IMG/VR virus record: IMGVR_UViG_3300027770_000032
Reading direction: 5' to 3' (one strand)
Length of the DNA stretch: 64,000 nt
DNA from: a virus
Each line of letters opens with the position of its first letter. The first letter of the stretch is position 1. Positions 1-9,373 of this stretch are shown piece after piece. The notes below the pieces were generated by a model, which worked only from the letters and a program-made list of their open reading frames with translations, searched no databases and was not told the DNA's origin. Position numbers and translations under genes: made by a program.

Positions 1-915
1 AGTCAGTTGGATCGGACCACGACCTCTCCACTTATAACCATCTCCAGAGGCTTCTGAACCGTTCCCCATCCGATTAGCATACACTTTGTTTGCAATCTTT
101 TCTGGTTTACGAGCATAACCTGCAGTCGAAGCGATCGTAGGAAAATACTTCTTGAAAATTCCGTTGAGTCCCTTATCTGAGTAGTTGAGGTTCTCAGAGA
201 ACACCTTAAACCCACCTGACTCATGAGCACACTGACCGAAGAAGTGTGCCGCTTGATTGTTTGTCAGCTTGAAATAATCTCTTGCTGCCTTATATGTTCC
301 AGGTCCCCATTTACCGTCGGCAACAATGCCGCATTTCGTTTGGAGAGCAGCTAATGGACCAAGACCCGCAGCAATCGGAATTGCCTTTGAAGCAGGAACC
401 GGAGGAGTTGTCTGACGAAGAACTCCAGTGGCCTTCATTGTGGTGGGATCAAAATCCTGAACAGGCGTATATGTTGTGCCACCAGATTTTGACTTCGCAG
501 CAACTAGAAGTTGACGACGATTCCCACCAGCCTTCTTAATCGAAGCGTGAACCCATCCTGAATTCTTATCACCTTTTGTGTAGAACTCAAGAATCACTTG
601 GTCAAATTCAAGATTATCGCCGATCCAATCGGCAACAGTTTTGTTATCAACACCTTTTACTTCAAAGTCAATCGCCTGACCGTTGACATGTTGTGATGTC
701 TTTGAACCACCGACTGCCTTATTCACAAGCGGTGCACGATACGAAGAGTTGATCGTCACAGGACCAAACTTTGCACGAACTGGTTCAAGAATCTTTTCGC
801 AACAGTAACGCATATTCTCAATATGTTCTGGAGTTGGATTATTGCTAAGTCCAAGTTTTTTAGCCGTTGGAGAAACAGTCATTTCTTCTAGAGCAAAATG
901 TTCAGTTAGTTTCAT
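1..915 (-). CDS. Endolysin (3' end outside window): peptidase M15 + PG-binding motif + GH19 glycoside hydrolase
   Basis: Absent from the ORF track. Manually read stop-free frame from ATG at 915 to window start: MKLTEHFALEEM...SSYR...SQHVNGQAIDF...WVHAS (M15 Zn motifs), DGKWGPGT, FFGQCAHESGGF...YANRMGNG...WRGRGPIQLT (GH19). Confidence 0.9.
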   Translation of the reverse strand, partial: MKLTEHFALEEMTVSPTAKKLGLSNNPTPEHIENMRYCCEKILEPVRAKFGPVTINSSYRAPLVNKAVGGSKTSQHVNGQAIDFEVKGVDNKTVADWIGDNLEFDQVILEFYTKGDKNSGWVHASIKKAGGNRRQLLVAAKSKSGGTTYTPVQDFDPTTMKATGVLRQTTPPVPASKAIPIAAGLGPLAALQTKCGIVADGKWGPGTYKAARDYFKLTNNQAAHFFGQCAHESGGFKVFSENLNYSDKGLNGIFKKYFPTIASTAGYARKPEKIANKVYANRMGNGSEASGDGYKWRGRGPIQLT

Positions 916-933
916 TTTTATCGCCTTTTACTA

Positions 934-962
934 TGTACTTTATTTGGGTTTTAGAGTATAAC
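934..962 (+). promoter_or_regulatory. Early-type promoter for DNA polymerase
   Basis: TGTACT-N17-TATAAC, a variant of the recurring TGTACA motif. Confidence 0.6.
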
Positions 963-991
963 TAATAATGCGGCCAGATACTGGAGATCCA

Positions 992-3499
992 ATGAATTTT
1001 TATACCAATGTTACTCGTCATCGAAATCAAATTTTAGTTCGCGGAATATCTGACGGCAAACCTGTCAAGTTTTCTGTGAAATACAAACCTTATTTATTCG
1101 TTCAAGCAAGTGCACAAACCGAACATAAGAACCTGAAAGGTGAATATGTCGGCAAGATGCAATTCGATTCCATGTCTGAAACACGAGAGTTTCTACAAAG
1201 TTACGAAAACGTGGCAGGCATGAACATCTACGGCCTCTCCGATTGGCCTTACATGTATATTTATGACAAGTATAAGGGTGAGATCAAGTATGATCCTGCC
1301 CTCGTTTCAGTTTGTTCGATCGATATCGAGACCAGCATTGAAGGTGGTTTCCCCGACATCGAGAAAGCAGACAATGAAATCACAGCGATTACCATCGGCC
1401 GCAATGGTAGAAAGACTACTTTTGGTTGCGGTGAATATCAGGAGCATCAAGACAATGTACAATATTACAAATGCGCAGACGAATCTGCACTCTTACTCGC
1501 CTTTCTCGAAGTCTGGAACGGATCACTCTATTCGCCTGACGTTGTCACAGGCTGGAACATCGAGTTCTTCGACATTCCGTATCTTGTCAACAGGATTCGA
1601 AAGGTTCTTGGAGATGATCACGCTGAACGTCTCTCTCCCTGGAAAATACTTCGTGAATACAAAGTTAACAGCCGTGGACGAGACTGCATTTGCTATGCCC
1701 CTATCGGCATCGCCGTCCTTGATTACATCAAACTCTACAGGAAGTTTACGTACACAGAGCAGGAATCTTACCGACTTGACTACATCGCTCAAGTTGAACT
1801 CGGCGAAGGAAAGCTTGACTATCGCGATGAAGGTTATACCGACCTCGATGACCTTCGGCTAAGAAACTTTCAACTCTACATCGAATATAACGTTCGAGAT
1901 GTTGAGATCGTTGAGAGACTCGAAGACAAGCTAAAGCTCATCGAGCTGGTCTATGCTTTGGCTTATGACGCTAAGGTAAACTATGAAGATACCATGGCAA
2001 CCGTGAAGCAATGGGACGTGATCACTCACAACTATCTTCTCGATCGAAACATCGTGGTTCCTCTCAACGATAAGAATAAACCCGACCGAGCCTTCGTAGG
2101 CGGATATGTCAAAGATCCAAAGGTCGGCATGAGTAAATGGGTTGTGTCGTTCGATCTAAACTCCCTTTATCCTCACCTTATTATGCAGTACAACATCTCG
2201 CCAGAGACGCTTGTCACTCGCTTAAAAGATAAGGTGTCGATCGACGACCTACTTGTTGGTGGCGCTAGTCAGTTCGGTGGCTATCTTGATAAAACGAACT
2301 GCACTATCGCCGCCAACCTTTGTATCTATACAAAAGAAAAGCGTGGCTTCTTGCCATCGATTATGGATCGTATGTATGACGATCGTACTCGATATAAGAA
2401 GCAGATGATCAAGTGTAAGAAAGAATACGAGAAGACGAAAGAACCCCAGCTCGTCAAAGAAATTGCTCGTCTCGATAACATGCAGATGGCCAAGAAGATT
2501 CAGTTGAACTCGGCTTATGGTGCTCTCGGCAACAAGTGGTTTCGCTGGTTTGACGTGAACAATGCCGAAGCCATTACCACATCTGGTCAGCTCAGCATTC
2601 GTTGGATCGAGAATAAGCTCAACGACTATCTCAACAAACTGTTGAAGACCGAGAACTTTGACTATGTATTGGCTTCCGATACCGATTCAGTGTATGTGAC
2701 TCTCGAATACCTCGTGAAGAATGTATTCGGTGATGATGTTCCTGAAACGAAGAAGGTGATCCAATATATCGACAAGATCTGTAAGGAACGAATTGAACCA
2801 TTCATCGACCGTTCTTATCAAGAGCTTGCCGAATATATGCGTGCATATGATCAGAAGATGCAAATGAAGCGAGAGAACATCGCAGATAAAGGTATCTGGA
2901 AGGCCAAGAAGATGTACATCTTGAATGTATGGAACTCTGAAGGTGTTGAGTATGAGAAGCCGAAGTTGAAGATGACAGGCATCGAAGCAGTTCGATCCTC
3001 GACTCCGACTGCATGTCGTGATGCCATTAAGAAATCTCTCGAGATTATTATGGCTGGATCCGAATCGGATCTTCAGAAATATGTGGCCAACTTTAAGTCA
3101 GAGTTTTCTTCTCTTGGATTTGACGACATTGCTTTTACTCGCGGTGTCAAGGATATCGAGAAATATTGGGTAGGTGGTAGGTTCCAAAGCCAGACACCTA
3201 TTCACGTTCGCGGTTCAGTCGTCTTCAATGAAATGTTGAAGAAGAAGAAACTGACAAATAAATATCAATTGATTACCAGCGGTGAAAAGATTAAGTTCGC
3301 GTATCTCAAAAACCCGAACCCGACACAAGACTACGTGATCGCATGTCCGAATGGTCTACCAAAAGAATTGAAAATGGAAACCTATATCGACTATGCGGTG
3401 CAGTTCGAGAAAGGCTATCTTAGCCCTATCGAGTCTATCACAAATACAATGGGCTGGCAAGCAGAAAAAAGAGCAACACTCGAGGATTGGCTAAACTAA
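992..3499 (+). CDS. gp43: Family B DNA polymerase
   Basis: DIET exonuclease motif, SFDLNSLYP, KIQLNSAYG, ASDTDS. Start 992 has a GGAG RBS; 968 is an alternative start. Confidence 0.97.
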   Translation: MNFYTNVTRHRNQILVRGISDGKPVKFSVKYKPYLFVQASAQTEHKNLKGEYVGKMQFDSMSETREFLQSYENVAGMNIYGLSDWPYMYIYDKYKGEIKYDPALVSVCSIDIETSIEGGFPDIEKADNEITAITIGRNGRKTTFGCGEYQEHQDNVQYYKCADESALLLAFLEVWNGSLYSPDVVTGWNIEFFDIPYLVNRIRKVLGDDHAERLSPWKILREYKVNSRGRDCICYAPIGIAVLDYIKLYRKFTYTEQESYRLDYIAQVELGEGKLDYRDEGYTDLDDLRLRNFQLYIEYNVRDVEIVERLEDKLKLIELVYALAYDAKVNYEDTMATVKQWDVITHNYLLDRNIVVPLNDKNKPDRAFVGGYVKDPKVGMSKWVVSFDLNSLYPHLIMQYNISPETLVTRLKDKVSIDDLLVGGASQFGGYLDKTNCTIAANLCIYTKEKRGFLPSIMDRMYDDRTRYKKQMIKCKKEYEKTKEPQLVKEIARLDNMQMAKKIQLNSAYGALGNKWFRWFDVNNAEAITTSGQLSIRWIENKLNDYLNKLLKTENFDYVLASDTDSVYVTLEYLVKNVFGDDVPETKKVIQYIDKICKERIEPFIDRSYQELAEYMRAYDQKMQMKRENIADKGIWKAKKMYILNVWNSEGVEYEKPKLKMTGIEAVRSSTPTACRDAIKKSLEIIMAGSESDLQKYVANFKSEFSSLGFDDIAFTRGVKDIEKYWVGGRFQSQTPIHVRGSVVFNEMLKKKKLTNKYQLITSGEKIKFAYLKNPNPTQDYVIACPNGLPKELKMETYIDYAVQFEKGYLSPIESITNTMGWQAEKRATLEDWLN

Positions 3500-3729
3500 T
3501 GGCAAACTTAGACATCGATTTAGATTTTGATTTTGGTTTCACGACTTCTTCTGAAGAAGAAATCAAACAAGAAGGTACTGATAAGGCAAGGCACATGTAC
3601 GATGCCATCATGCCTTTACTTACAAACTTAAAGAAAGACGCAGATAAAAACCCGATCATTAACTGGCCTAATCGTGGCGAGAAGATCGATCTCTTCATTA
3701 CTAAACTGAATAAGATACTTGCGAGTTAA
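3499..3729 (+). CDS. Hypothetical protein
   Basis: ATG overlaps the gp43 stop; MANLDIDLDFDFGF... Confidence 0.7.
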   Translation: MANLDIDLDFDFGFTTSSEEEIKQEGTDKARHMYDAIMPLLTNLKKDADKNPIINWPNRGEKIDLFITKLNKILAS

Positions 3730-3741
3730 TAAAAATACTTG

Positions 3742-3770
3742 TGTACAAATAAAGATATATCGTATATACT
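3742..3770 (+). promoter_or_regulatory. Early/middle-type promoter for uvsX
   Basis: TGTACA-N17-TATACT. Confidence 0.7.
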
Positions 3771-3794
3771 GGGACAATCAGACAAGGAGAAGTT

Positions 3795-4865
3795 ATGTCA
3801 GACCTATTAAATAAATTGCGTAAGAATACCACAATCAAAGATTCGGATATCTTATCAGATTCCAAGTTCTTCAATGCCAAGGACATGATCCGCACGACAG
3901 TGCCTGCAATCAACATTGCATTGAGTGGTAAAATTAATGGTGGCTTCGTTCCTGGTCTGACTATTTGGGCAGGTCCATCAAAGCACTTTAAAACTTCGTT
4001 CAGTCTTCTCATGGCGAAGGCATATATGGACACTTATCCTGATGCAGTCATGCTTTTTTATGACTCAGAATTTGGTACTCCTCAAGCTTACTTCGACTCG
4101 TTCGGCATCGACACATCTCGAGTTCTCCATACTCCCATCACAGATGTAGAACAGTTGAAGTTTGATATTATGCAACAGTTTGGTGAGATCAAGCGCGGTG
4201 ATCATGTCATCATCGTAATCGATTCTGTTGGTAACCTTGCATCGAAGAAAGAAGTCGAAGATGCATTGAAGCAAAACTCGGCAGCCGATATGACTCGTGC
4301 AAAACAACTCAAGTCTCTCTTCCGTATGGTAACACCACACCTCAATCTGAAAGATATTCCGCTAGTCGTGGTCAATCACACCTATCAGACTCAAGAGATG
4401 TACTCGAAGGCTGTGGTTTCTGGTGGTACAGGCATCTATTACTCGGCTGATAACATCTTCATCATCGGGCGTCAGCAAGAAAAAGATGGCAAGGAAGTCA
4501 CTGGTTATAACTTCATCATCAACGTCGAGAAGTCACGTTATGTAAAAGAAAAATCAAAGATTCCTATCGAAGTGTCATGGGACAAGGGTATCAGCAAATG
4601 GTCTGGTCTCTTGGATATGGCACTCGAGTCTGGTCATGTCATCAAGCCAAAGGTTGGTTGGTATCAGAAGGTTGATATGGAAACTGGCGAAATCCTTGAC
4701 AAGTCTTATCGTATCGCTGATACCTACAACGTTGGTTTCTGGCATCCTATTTTGATCTGCCCGAAGTTTGTTGACTTCATTGAGAACAAGTATGCTGCAG
4801 CCAACGGTGCTATTATGCAAAGTGAAGACGACGTGGCAGATGTTTATGAGATGGAGGATGAATGA
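3795..4865 (+). CDS. uvsX: RecA-like recombinase
   Basis: GPSKHFKT Walker A, YDSEFG, IDSVGNLAS; AAGGAG RBS. Confidence 0.95.
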   Translation: MSDLLNKLRKNTTIKDSDILSDSKFFNAKDMIRTTVPAINIALSGKINGGFVPGLTIWAGPSKHFKTSFSLLMAKAYMDTYPDAVMLFYDSEFGTPQAYFDSFGIDTSRVLHTPITDVEQLKFDIMQQFGEIKRGDHVIIVIDSVGNLASKKEVEDALKQNSAADMTRAKQLKSLFRMVTPHLNLKDIPLVVVNHTYQTQEMYSKAVVSGGTGIYYSADNIFIIGRQQEKDGKEVTGYNFIINVEKSRYVKEKSKIPIEVSWDKGISKWSGLLDMALESGHVIKPKVGWYQKVDMETGEILDKSYRIADTYNVGFWHPILICPKFVDFIENKYAAANGAIMQSEDDVADVYEMEDE

Positions 4866-6277
4866 GAATTGAACATATCATATTTGGAAATCTTATCGAA
4901 AACGAGGAATACGGTCGTAAGGTCATTCCATTCCTCAAAGAAGAGTACTTTACCGACACTGTAGATCGTAAGATCTTCTCTATCATTCATGAATATGTGG
5001 GAAAGTATAACAACTTTCCTACAAAATCTGCTGTCGAGATCGATCTCAACGATGTCGGTGGTTTGTCTGATGATCAGTTTAAGACTGCAAAAGAAGTTGT
5101 CTCTGGACTTGACAAATCTGAAGATCGTGATGTGGCATGGCTCGTAGATAATACCGAGAAGTTTTGTAAAGACAAGGCTCTATATAATGCTCTGATGCAA
5201 TCGATTCAGATCGTCGATGATAGTAAGAAGGATAGCATATCTGTTGGATCCATTCCTCAGATCTTGACTAATGCTCTCGGTGTTTCTTTCGATAGTCATG
5301 TTGGTCATGACTTCTTGAATGACGCAGCAGAACGCTATGAGTTCTATCATCGGAAAGAAGTTCGAATTGGTTTCGATCTCGATCACTTTAACAAGATTAC
5401 TCAAGGCGGTCTCCCTCGCAAGACACTCAATATTGCTCTTGCTGGCACTGGTGTCGGTAAGTCATTGTTCATGTGTCATGGCGCGGCACATAACTTGATG
5501 GCAGGTCAGAATGTCTTGTATATTACTCTCGAAATGGCAGAAGAAAGAATCGCCGAGCGTATCGATGCCAATCTTCTTGGTGTCACGCTTATCGATCTCA
5601 AAGATCTGCCACAGGCAATCTACTATAAGTTGATCGGAAGAGTCAAGGAACGAGCAAAAGGTAAGCTCATTGTGAAGGAGTATCCAACAGCATGCGCAGG
5701 CGCCGCAAACTTTCGACATCTCTTAAACGAGTTGAAGATCAAGAAGAACTTTATCCCGGACATTATCTACATCGATTATCTCAACATCTGTGCATCTTCG
5801 AGGATCAAACCGGGATCGAACGTGAACTCGTACACCTACATCAAGGCGATCGCCGAGGAACTTCGCGGCCTCGCCGTCGAGTTCAACGTCCCTATTGTTT
5901 CGGCGACTCAGACTAATCGTTCTGGTTTTAGTAGCTCTGATGTTGGTCTCGAAGATACTTCTGAATCGTTCGGTTTGCCGGCAACTGCAGATTTTATGTT
6001 TGCCTTGATTACGAGCGAAGAGTTACGTCAACTTAATCAGATCATGGTCAAACAACTCAAGAACCGTTACGGCGATCCATCGGTGAATAAACGCTTTGTG
6101 ATTGGTGTTGACTACTCGAAGATGAGACTGTATAATGTAGAAGCTTCTGCTCAAGTCGACATCGTGCAAGATGAAGATCGACCAATCTTTGACAATACAA
6201 ACTCTGGTTATCGACTCGAAAATGAATCGAAACCAGTCAGCAAGTTCGAGAAAATCAAATTTGCAGGTTTCAAATGA
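4862..6277 (+). CDS. gp41: Replicative DnaB-like helicase
   Basis: AGTGVGKS, ITLEMAE, IDYLNI, ATQTNR, KNRYGD. Confidence 0.96.
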   Translation: MRIEHIIFGNLIENEEYGRKVIPFLKEEYFTDTVDRKIFSIIHEYVGKYNNFPTKSAVEIDLNDVGGLSDDQFKTAKEVVSGLDKSEDRDVAWLVDNTEKFCKDKALYNALMQSIQIVDDSKKDSISVGSIPQILTNALGVSFDSHVGHDFLNDAAERYEFYHRKEVRIGFDLDHFNKITQGGLPRKTLNIALAGTGVGKSLFMCHGAAHNLMAGQNVLYITLEMAEERIAERIDANLLGVTLIDLKDLPQAIYYKLIGRVKERAKGKLIVKEYPTACAGAANFRHLLNELKIKKNFIPDIIYIDYLNICASSRIKPGSNVNSYTYIKAIAEELRGLAVEFNVPIVSATQTNRSGFSSSDVGLEDTSESFGLPATADFMFALITSEELRQLNQIMVKQLKNRYGDPSVNKRFVIGVDYSKMRLYNVEASAQVDIVQDEDRPIFDNTNSGYRLENESKPVSKFEKIKFAGFK

Positions 6278-6456
6278 TCGATAATCTCAGGAACGGTTGG
6301 ATAATCAATACAGTCAAAAATCCTAAATACAGATGGAAATGCCAGATACTAAAGAATACTTGGTGGATGGTCGAGGAAGGCAATGAGCCTAATTGGTTTC
6401 ATCGCAAGATGCAAGAACTTTGTTTTGGTTTTAAATGGGAGAAGATTGATGGTTAA
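6274..6456 (+). CDS. Hypothetical protein
   Basis: ATGA overlap with gp41. Confidence 0.6.
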   Translation: MIDNLRNGWIINTVKNPKYRWKCQILKNTWWMVEEGNEPNWFHRKMQELCFGFKWEKIDG

Positions 6457-6691
6457 CTACAAGATCGTAAATACTGGAAAGATCGTCAACGTTGGTGGCG
6501 GGTTTGGAGAAATGGGTGGAGATATCCTCGAGACCAAGACAGATCAGATTGTAGTCAAGGGTATGCGTATGTCCAAAGCCAAGGAGATGGTTCGTCACCT
6601 AAACTTTGGCGGTGGGTTTGATGGATCTACTCCAGCATTTTTTTTAGCCGAACGCGAAAAAACTTTAGAATTGACTGTAGAACTTGTATAA
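6449..6691 (+). CDS. Hypothetical protein
   Basis: Start revised to ATG 6449 (GGGAG RBS); HLNFGGGFDGSTPAFF. Confidence 0.65.
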   Translation: MVNYKIVNTGKIVNVGGGFGEMGGDILETKTDQIVVKGMRMSKAKEMVRHLNFGGGFDGSTPAFFLAEREKTLELTVELV

Positions 6692-6694
6692 ATA
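6687..6694 (+). promoter_or_regulatory. T4 late promoter
   Basis: TATAAATA. Confidence 0.7.
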
Positions 6695-6699
6695 GATGT

Positions 6700-6809
6700 A
6701 CACTATGTGGTGCGTGGATATACAGTTCAACTGTGTAAGTTAGGCAAGAGTCTTAATTGACGAATGGAATAGGCAGGGTCACAGGTGGGGTTCCTCCTGC
6801 TACACGCAT
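6700..6809 (+). ncRNA. Candidate structured ncRNA
   Basis: Lies between a late promoter and a terminator with no sizeable ORF; closing stem GTGCGTG/CACGCAT, internal hairpins and a possible pseudoknot. Confidence 0.55.
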
Positions 6810-6810
6810 G

Positions 6811-6841
6811 ATGGGCGGCTTTCGGGTCGCCCATTTTTTTT
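6811..6841 (+). terminator. Rho-independent terminator
   Basis: ATGGGCGGCT-TTCG-GGTCGCCCAT followed by a T run. Confidence 0.9.
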
Positions 6842-6850
6842 GTCTTTTTT

Positions 6851-6915
6851 AAAAATAAACATGTACATTTTATCAAAACTTTGGTAGTATGAATAATAAG
6901 CTAAGGAGATTGTTA
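6851..6915 (+). repeat. Promoter+RBS cassette, copy 1
   Basis: 65 bp identical to 41417-41481: AAAAATAAACA-TGTACA-N17-TAGTAT...TAAGGAG. Confidence 0.9.
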
Positions 6916-7218
6916 ATGACTGCTTTTACAAAAACTAACTTCGAATACCATGGTGGATACCTGCACTACATGACTGCTGCAGGTGAACGCAAGTTTGTTG
7001 CGCGCTTCAAGCATCGTGGTCCAGTTACCAAGGCTAAGTTTCAAGCCGCATTGATTAAGCACTACACAGTCGAAGGTTACTTTGCTCGTCTGGTTGGTCC
7101 TTATAATGCTCAAGGTGAAGCTCCTCTGCAGATCTTGATGAATGACGAGATCTTGCAATTCGATCGTGATGATTTAGGCCGCGGATTCTTTATCTTAGAC
7201 GGTAAAGAACTCCGCTAA
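6916..7218 (+). CDS. Hypothetical early protein
   Basis: TAAGGAG RBS before ATG 6916. Confidence 0.75.
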   Translation: MTAFTKTNFEYHGGYLHYMTAAGERKFVARFKHRGPVTKAKFQAALIKHYTVEGYFARLVGPYNAQGEAPLQILMNDEILQFDRDDLGRGFFILDGKELR

Positions 7219-7226
7219 AATAAACA

Positions 7227-7255
7227 TGTACAATTAATCGATATCGATGTATACC
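7227..7255 (+). promoter_or_regulatory. Early-type promoter
   Basis: AAATAAACA-TGTACA-N17-TATACC. Confidence 0.65.
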
Positions 7256-7277
7256 AGAATCTGAAGGAAATTATATT

Positions 7278-7697
7278 ATGACAATGCATCTTCTCGGCCC
7301 TGCTTACACGACCACTCATCATGGCAAGCGTAAGTCCAAAATGACGACGTCAAAGTACACCAAAATTGGTTTGGCTTGGCTCGAAGATTGTAGATTTTGC
7401 AAGAGCAACGGCTTAAAGCCAAAGACGTTCGAAGAATATCAAGATTACCGTGCAGGTAACTACAAGCCAAAGCTTCGCGGTACACCGATGCCTGATTATG
7501 GCATTTCTGACCATCGCCAAAAGTATCCTTCTCAGAACGAGATCGGTGTAGCTTACACCAAGAACTCAAATTACGAGCAAGAAAAGCTCGCAGTAAGCAG
7601 CAATTATATCATCGGCCAAGCCTATAATAAAGGCGGACTTGTTGTCCTTTCCAAGTCTGAAGCGGCCGATCCGGCAACTGGTAAGAGGCGAGCTTGA
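7278..7697 (+). CDS. Hypothetical protein
   Basis: ORF with AAGGA RBS; C-terminal QAYNKGG motif. Confidence 0.75.
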   Translation: MTMHLLGPAYTTTHHGKRKSKMTTSKYTKIGLAWLEDCRFCKSNGLKPKTFEEYQDYRAGNYKPKLRGTPMPDYGISDHRQKYPSQNEIGVAYTKNSNYEQEKLAVSSNYIIGQAYNKGGLVVLSKSEAADPATGKRRA

Positions 7698-7855
7698 GCT
7701 TCTTGTTCTTCCTCTCATCGTTGCCGTTCTTGGCGATCTTGGGCTTCTTCCTTTGGGTCGGGTTTAAGGTCGCCAAGCATTTTTTTAAATTCGCACTCTA
7801 TGGATTTCTTTTTATTATTTTAATCCTTCTCGCTTTAGGGGGTGTACAAAATTGA
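7694..7855 (+). CDS. Small two-TM membrane protein
   Basis: Manually read 53-aa ORF (TTG start, GAGG RBS) with two hydrophobic segments. Confidence 0.5.
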   Translation: MSFLFFLSSLPFLAILGFFLWVGFKVAKHFFKFALYGFLFIILILLALGGVQN

Positions 7856-7871
7856 ATTTTTGTAGTAAGGT
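7843..7871 (+). promoter_or_regulatory. Early-type promoter
   Basis: TGTACA-N17-TAAGGT; ATG 6 nt downstream. Confidence 0.6.
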
Positions 7872-7877
7872 AAACCT

Positions 7878-8111
7878 ATGATTGACCATACACCAACTTA
7901 TTCCGCCTTTCGTACGCCGCTCGCAATGACTGGTATCGATTTTCATGATCACCATCTAGTCGGTCTGACATGGCCATATATAAACTGCAAAGGCAAACAG
8001 TATCACGTGACGATGCTCGATCGTGGTTGGGTGTGTGACTGTCCCGGTTTTAATTTCTATAATAAGTGTAAGCACATTACACAAGTGCACGAAAAGGTGA
8101 TAGCAGAATGA
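7878..8111 (+). CDS. SWIM zinc-finger protein
   Basis: CDCPGF...CKHI. Confidence 0.75.
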   Translation: MIDHTPTYSAFRTPLAMTGIDFHDHHLVGLTWPYINCKGKQYHVTMLDRGWVCDCPGFNFYNKCKHITQVHEKVIAE

Positions 8112-8509
8112 TTGTTCAAAACGCAGCGACATGCCTGAGTTGTGGAGATTTTATTGTTTCGAAGCATCGTCATGACTTTGTTGAATGCACGTGCGGTGCG
8201 ATCGCAGTCGATGGTGGCCAAGATTATCTTCGACGTGTAGGTGACTTTACGAATGCGACTGATCACTCGTGGTCTTTAGACAGTGATTTATATTTTGATT
8301 GTGCACAAGCAGTGACCGACGCTCTCGATACAGGAAGAAACAATATCGGCGTTGCAAATGCTGTGTTGCGTAAGCTTCGTGAAGCTGGTCGTATTGTTGC
8401 CGATCACGAGCAGCGTATCTTTGCCGAGAATAAGAACCTCGACGAGATTATGGTTGAAGAAGCTGATGGTACTTTTAATCGTTATAGGAAGGTAAATATT
8501 AATGAGTAA
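8108..8509 (+). CDS. Zn-binding hypothetical protein
   Basis: CxxC...HRHDFVECTCG...VDGG. Confidence 0.7.
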   Translation: MIVQNAATCLSCGDFIVSKHRHDFVECTCGAIAVDGGQDYLRRVGDFTNATDHSWSLDSDLYFDCAQAVTDALDTGRNNIGVANAVLRKLREAGRIVADHEQRIFAENKNLDEIMVEEADGTFNRYRKVNINE

Positions 8510-8744
8510 GTATACGATTGATTTAACTTATGAAATGACTGATCAAATTGTTGTCGACCAACTGCGTGATACATGGGATACTTTGCGTCGAGATCTTGGA
8601 TCAAACTCCAGTGTTTTTGTTTGGGGTGATCAAGAGGCTGATGATGTCGAGATCCAAAAACATATCGATGCGCTTGAGATTGTGCTCAAGTGGTATTCAA
8701 CTCCTGATCAGCTAAAAGAAATGGGATTGAAAGACGATGCCTAA
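8502..8744 (+). CDS. Hypothetical protein
   Basis: Coupled ORF. Confidence 0.65.
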   Translation: MSKYTIDLTYEMTDQIVVDQLRDTWDTLRRDLGSNSSVFVWGDQEADDVEIQKHIDALEIVLKWYSTPDQLKEMGLKDDA

Positions 8745-9123
8745 GTATCTTGTAGAAACAATCTCGGTGCACCGTATTCGTTATGTTGTCGAATGTGAGA
8801 GTGCAGAACATGCCAAAGACGTCGTCACGATGAATGAGGCGGAAGAGTTTTCTCAGATGCATATCGACGAGTTAGTCACTTCTGCTCGCGTAATCGATGA
8901 TGCAGAGTATCTTCGTGTATTTGACGAGGACAATGATTATCTTCGTGAATGGTCAGACGAACAAAAGTTTAAGTATGTGCACGAAGTGGTCTATGATACT
9001 CCGAAACCAGATATGAAAGAACTTGATCCTGATCTACGTGACTGGGAATACGATGGGCTTGGTATCAAAGTCTGGAAAGGCACAAATATTCGTTATGAGG
9101 TAGAAAATAATGGAACAGAATAA
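8737..9123 (+). CDS. Hypothetical protein
   Basis: Coupled acidic ORF. Confidence 0.7.
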   Translation: MPKYLVETISVHRIRYVVECESAEHAKDVVTMNEAEEFSQMHIDELVTSARVIDDAEYLRVFDEDNDYLREWSDEQKFKYVHEVVYDTPKPDMKELDPDLRDWEYDGLGIKVWKGTNIRYEVENNGTE

Positions 9124-9373
9124 AGTATATACAATTAAATTGATGTCGGGCGAAGAACTCATTGCTCGTGTCAAGCAAGAAGGCGGAGTCACCGAGCTCA
9201 TCAAGCCTCGTACGGTTGGTATGGGACCTCAAGGTTTTGCGATGATGCCATGGATGATGTCAGCTCCTGATAACAACGTTGTCATCTCTGATACTGTGAT
9301 TGTTGGCGCCACTGAAACAAGTGCACAAGTGTCAACACAATATCTAAAACAAGTGACAGGAATTCAAGTGTAA
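9110..9373 (+). CDS. Hypothetical protein (possible Sm-like fold)
   Basis: IKLMSGEELIA motif typical of small T4-like phage proteins. Confidence 0.65.
   Translation: MEQNKVYTIKLMSGEELIARVKQEGGVTELIKPRTVGMGPQGFAMMPWMMSAPDNNVVISDTVIVGATETSAQVSTQYLKQVTGIQV

Noticed and set aside
3-539. Track ORFs 3..230(-) and 282..539(+)
   Set aside because: Off-frame or antisense shadows of the endolysin at 915..1(-)
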